This document shows, piece after piece, positions 59,070 through 64,000 of a stretch of DNA of 64,000 bases. The DNA comes from the human T2T-CHM13v2.0 reference genome, Homo sapiens. The translations under genes were made by a program, and so were the position numbers. The stretch lies in assembly GCF_009914755.1 (NCBI RefSeq), contig NC_060935.1. The stretch is one strand, 5' to 3'. Numbering within the stretch: position 1 is the first letter of the stretch; the number at the start of each line of letters is the position of its first letter. The notes under the pieces are model-generated. The model had not been told where the DNA came from, made no database searches, and was given only the letters and a program-made list of their open reading frames with translations.

Positions 59070-59912
59070 TTTAGATCCATGAGTATCATTTCTACCAGCT
59101 CTCTTAATAAATGACTTATTACATATTGGGGCATAAAAATAGAAGTATTTGTGTTCAACTTTTCTTCAGTGATTATTTGTAGATTTTTGGAAACTTTGCT
59201 CAGCTTTGGAGTAGAGAGAATGAGAAAGAGATTAAATTATTTCCATTTAAGAACCAGCTCAAATGCCTGTTTTATTCTCTTGATAAGTGTTGGAATATTA
59301 TTTTTGTCTTTCCCACTGATTTCTAAATCCTTCTGGTTACTCTATTGCTACAATAATTTTATGACTCATAGGAGGAATATTTGTGTGAAAGATTAAGATG
59401 CTAATTCTTTAAAAATGATATTCATAGACTACCATATATAGTCAGCATAAGTGAAACAGAATAAATCTTGCAACAGTACTCACAGTTTTCCAAAATAAGG
59501 TTTTCTTTTGATGTTAGTAAGGTAAGGAAGTGGTAAAACTTTCTTTAGGTTAAAATCTTAATGAAAGGTATTAATTTGAGCAGTCTGAAGTCTAAGTGTG
59601 CTATTTGTTTTTCCTTCGGCAAAACTTTACAGAAAGCTAATCTTTAATAAATAAACTTAGTAAACTAACTCTAAGCCATTTCATTGAGTTAAAATCTAAA
59701 GGACTTAAGTGGCACTGAAGAAAGTCTGAAGAGTTGCATATTAGTAGGCTCACTGAGCTTGTACTTGACCTTTTCTTCTAGAAAGTTCTTACAGCTATAA
59801 CCTGACAAACAGGAAAATGATTTTTTAAGCAGTTTCATAGTTTTACCTTGAGATAATAGTATTTTTCCCTTCTTAAATCATTCATTCTACAAATATCAAA
59901 TGCCCTGCTTTA

Positions 59913-60291
<379 letters not shown>

Positions 60292-60321
60292 GTTGTGGCA
60301 GATGTATGCACTGAGTGCTGA

Positions 60322-60670
<349 letters not shown>

Positions 60671-60689
60671 AAGACTTCTTTAGGGAGGT

Positions 60690-61260
60690 TCATTGATTTC
60701 TTTATCCAAATATTGAATACAAACTATGTGCCAGGCATGGTTCTAAGTTATGAGAACGGATATACAATGAGTCAGATATTAAAAGTGGAAGAAAGAAAAA
60801 TAGACCAGTTATGGTCAGAGTGATAGGCTGGGGATGGAGGGAGATGATAGCTTAGATTACCTTCTCCAGTGCAGGTCTCTGTAATTGACGTCTTTTGAGC
60901 AGAGATCTGAATGAACTGAGAGTGAGAGCCATGTGAATATCTGGGGAAGGGAGAGAATGCTTCATGCATAACACAACAGCCCGTTCAGAGGCCCTGAGAC
61001 ATGTTTGGGGAACAGCAAAAAGGCCACTGCAGCATGAACAGAGTCTGTGAAAGGCAGAATGGGGCTGCATTACAGTGGTGCTTGTAGGTTTTGAACAGAG
61101 GAGTGACATGGTATCAGTAACTTTTTAAAAAATAGGGAGATTACTTGGAGGGCAGTTGCAGTAACCCAGGGAGAGGATGACCAAAGTGGTGGTGATGAAA
61201 GTGATTGGGTTGAGGACTTGAGTACTAGTGGACGAGTGGGAAGTTAAGTTAGAAGAAAAG
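60690..61260 (-). mobile_element. L2 fragment
   Basis: TATTGAATACAAACTATGTGCCAGGCA..TTTGAGCAGAGATCTGAATG..GGTTTTGAACAGAGGAGTGACATG. Confidence 0.7.
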
Positions 61261-61619
61261 GGAAGATAAAAGTAGCTAGTAGATGGGCAATTACTAAGCC
61301 CTGGAACCTCTAATACCATATTGCTAGTGGTAAGATGATGAGCAATGAGACTGAAGACCACCTCAGAATGGCTTTGTGTCATAAGCTAAGAAGTTTGAGC
61401 CTTGTCCTGAAAATGTTGGGATACCATTAAAAATCTTCTTTAGGGGTCTTCTGCTATGGTTTTCCCTATTTTTATTATCTGATCATTTGAATTTTGAAAT
61501 CCAAATATCTCATTTTCTTATATTTAAAGCTACTTCCTTAGGTATAGTATACATGAATTTTTAATGTTTAATATATCATTGGACCAAAATGGTAGAACTA
61601 TTCTAAGAAAGAGTAGGGA

Positions 61620-61850
61620 ACTGACATTTAAGCACCTACTGGGAGCCATGACCTGTGTCAAACACGTTTTTTAATTCTCTCAATGATCTATTGAGTGTTC
61701 ATCTCTGTTTTATAGATAAAGAAAGTGAGCATCAAGCAGGTAAAGGAATTTGCCCAAGGTTAGAAGGCTAATAAATATTGGATCGATCCAAGATTTGAGC
61801 CCAGGTCTGTCTGAATCTAAACCCTTTATAGTCTCTAAACTATACTGTCT
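61620..61850 (-). mobile_element. MIR
   Basis: TTTTATAGATAAAGAAAGTGAG..AATTTGCCCAAGGT..GATTTGAGCCCAGGTCTGTCTGA. Confidence 0.7.
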
Positions 61851-62030
61851 TTCTGGAGTTGAATATGAAACTAAAGTCATATGAATTTTATTTATAATGT
61901 ATCAAAGATTTTTTAATCAAGTAAGCCACTGAATAGTACTTTTGCTATATTGTTAAAGTTTGAGTTAATGGTACCTCTAGAAAAGGTTGAATCATACAAG
62001 CGGTCCTTGTTAGTCTTTGGTATTCTAGAG

Positions 62031-62185
62031 TAGTGCTTCTTAATTTGTAATGTGTCAAGGAATTACCTCGGGATTTGTTCAAATGCAGTTCTTATTCAGT
62101 GGGTCTGATTTAGTAGGATTGGGACCTGAGATTCTGCATTTCTAACAATTTTCTGGTGATGCTGATACTGCTGGTTAAAGGAGTG
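62031..62185. mobile_element. MER5-like MITE
   Basis: AGTGCTTCTTAAT..CCTGAGATTCTGCATTTCTAACAA..GGTGATGCTGATACTGCTGGT. Confidence 0.7.
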
Positions 62186-62394
62186 CACAAATAGAATACT
62201 GTTGAATGGCTTAAACTTAAATCCATAGAAATATCCTTAGAGATCATTTTAGCATTCCTATTTTAGGCTGGAATGAAACCTTTACTGAGTACCTAAATAC
62301 AAATGAGTGGTTCCATCATTTCATGAGCTCTTATTTAATATAAAAACCCTGCAAAATATATGTTACCTACTTTTTCTTAAATCTATTATTTACA

Positions 62395-62672
<278 letters not shown>

Positions 62673-63026
62673 ATCTATTATTTGTAAAGGCACAAAACAA
62701 GTCTCTGAGAGATTGCAACTTCACAAAGACCGATCATACTTTTCCACAGATAGGCTCTTAATCATGTCAGCTCAGCAAACTTTGGTTGTATTTGGTGGCA
62801 GTGCTAAGTCCTAGGGATACAAAGACAAAAAAGTCAGCGTCTCTACTTCTTGAGTCTGTTGAGAAGAGAAGGATGCAGGCAAATGATTGGGGTACAGGGA
62901 GGCATCTGCTATAAAGAGGACATGAACATAGTAGTTGGGGCACCAGTATGCTGGTGCATAGAATGCAGGTAAGTAGTAGTGCCAGAATTCCAATCTAAGC
63001 CTTCATATGTATGGTCCACAGTTTCA

Positions 63027-63996
<970 letters not shown>

Positions 63997-64000
63997 ATAT

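Overview
Primate (human-like) genomic DNA lying entirely inside the YAP1 gene on the + strand. It contains the end of intron 1, coding exon 2 (2234-2484; LATS sites S109/S127/S164 and the first part of WW1), a 48,051-nt intron 2, coding exon 3 (50536-50651; end of WW1) and the start of intron 3. The supplied ORF track misses both real exons; its ORFs are almost all Alu-, THE1- or chance-derived. The rest is intronic: about 35 Alu/FLAM copies, a full-length THE1A-type MaLR provirus with both LTRs and a perfect 5-bp TSD, MLT1 LTRs, Tigger/MER DNA transposon relics, and L1/L2/MIR fragments. I see no evidence of a new protein-coding system. The best leads are: (i) an intron-1 promoter region with TEAD/Sp motifs feeding a Met179-initiated isoform that sits behind uORFs; (ii) an interlocked double hairpin carrying three AP-1 sites; (iii) a sense THE1 provirus with an intact DUX4-type site and splice donor; (iv) a small unidentified retrocopied mRNA 3' end; (v) several template-switch or local duplications. 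Repeat boundaries and subfamilies were called by eye and are approximate. Residue numbers follow the canonical human YAP1 protein from memory.
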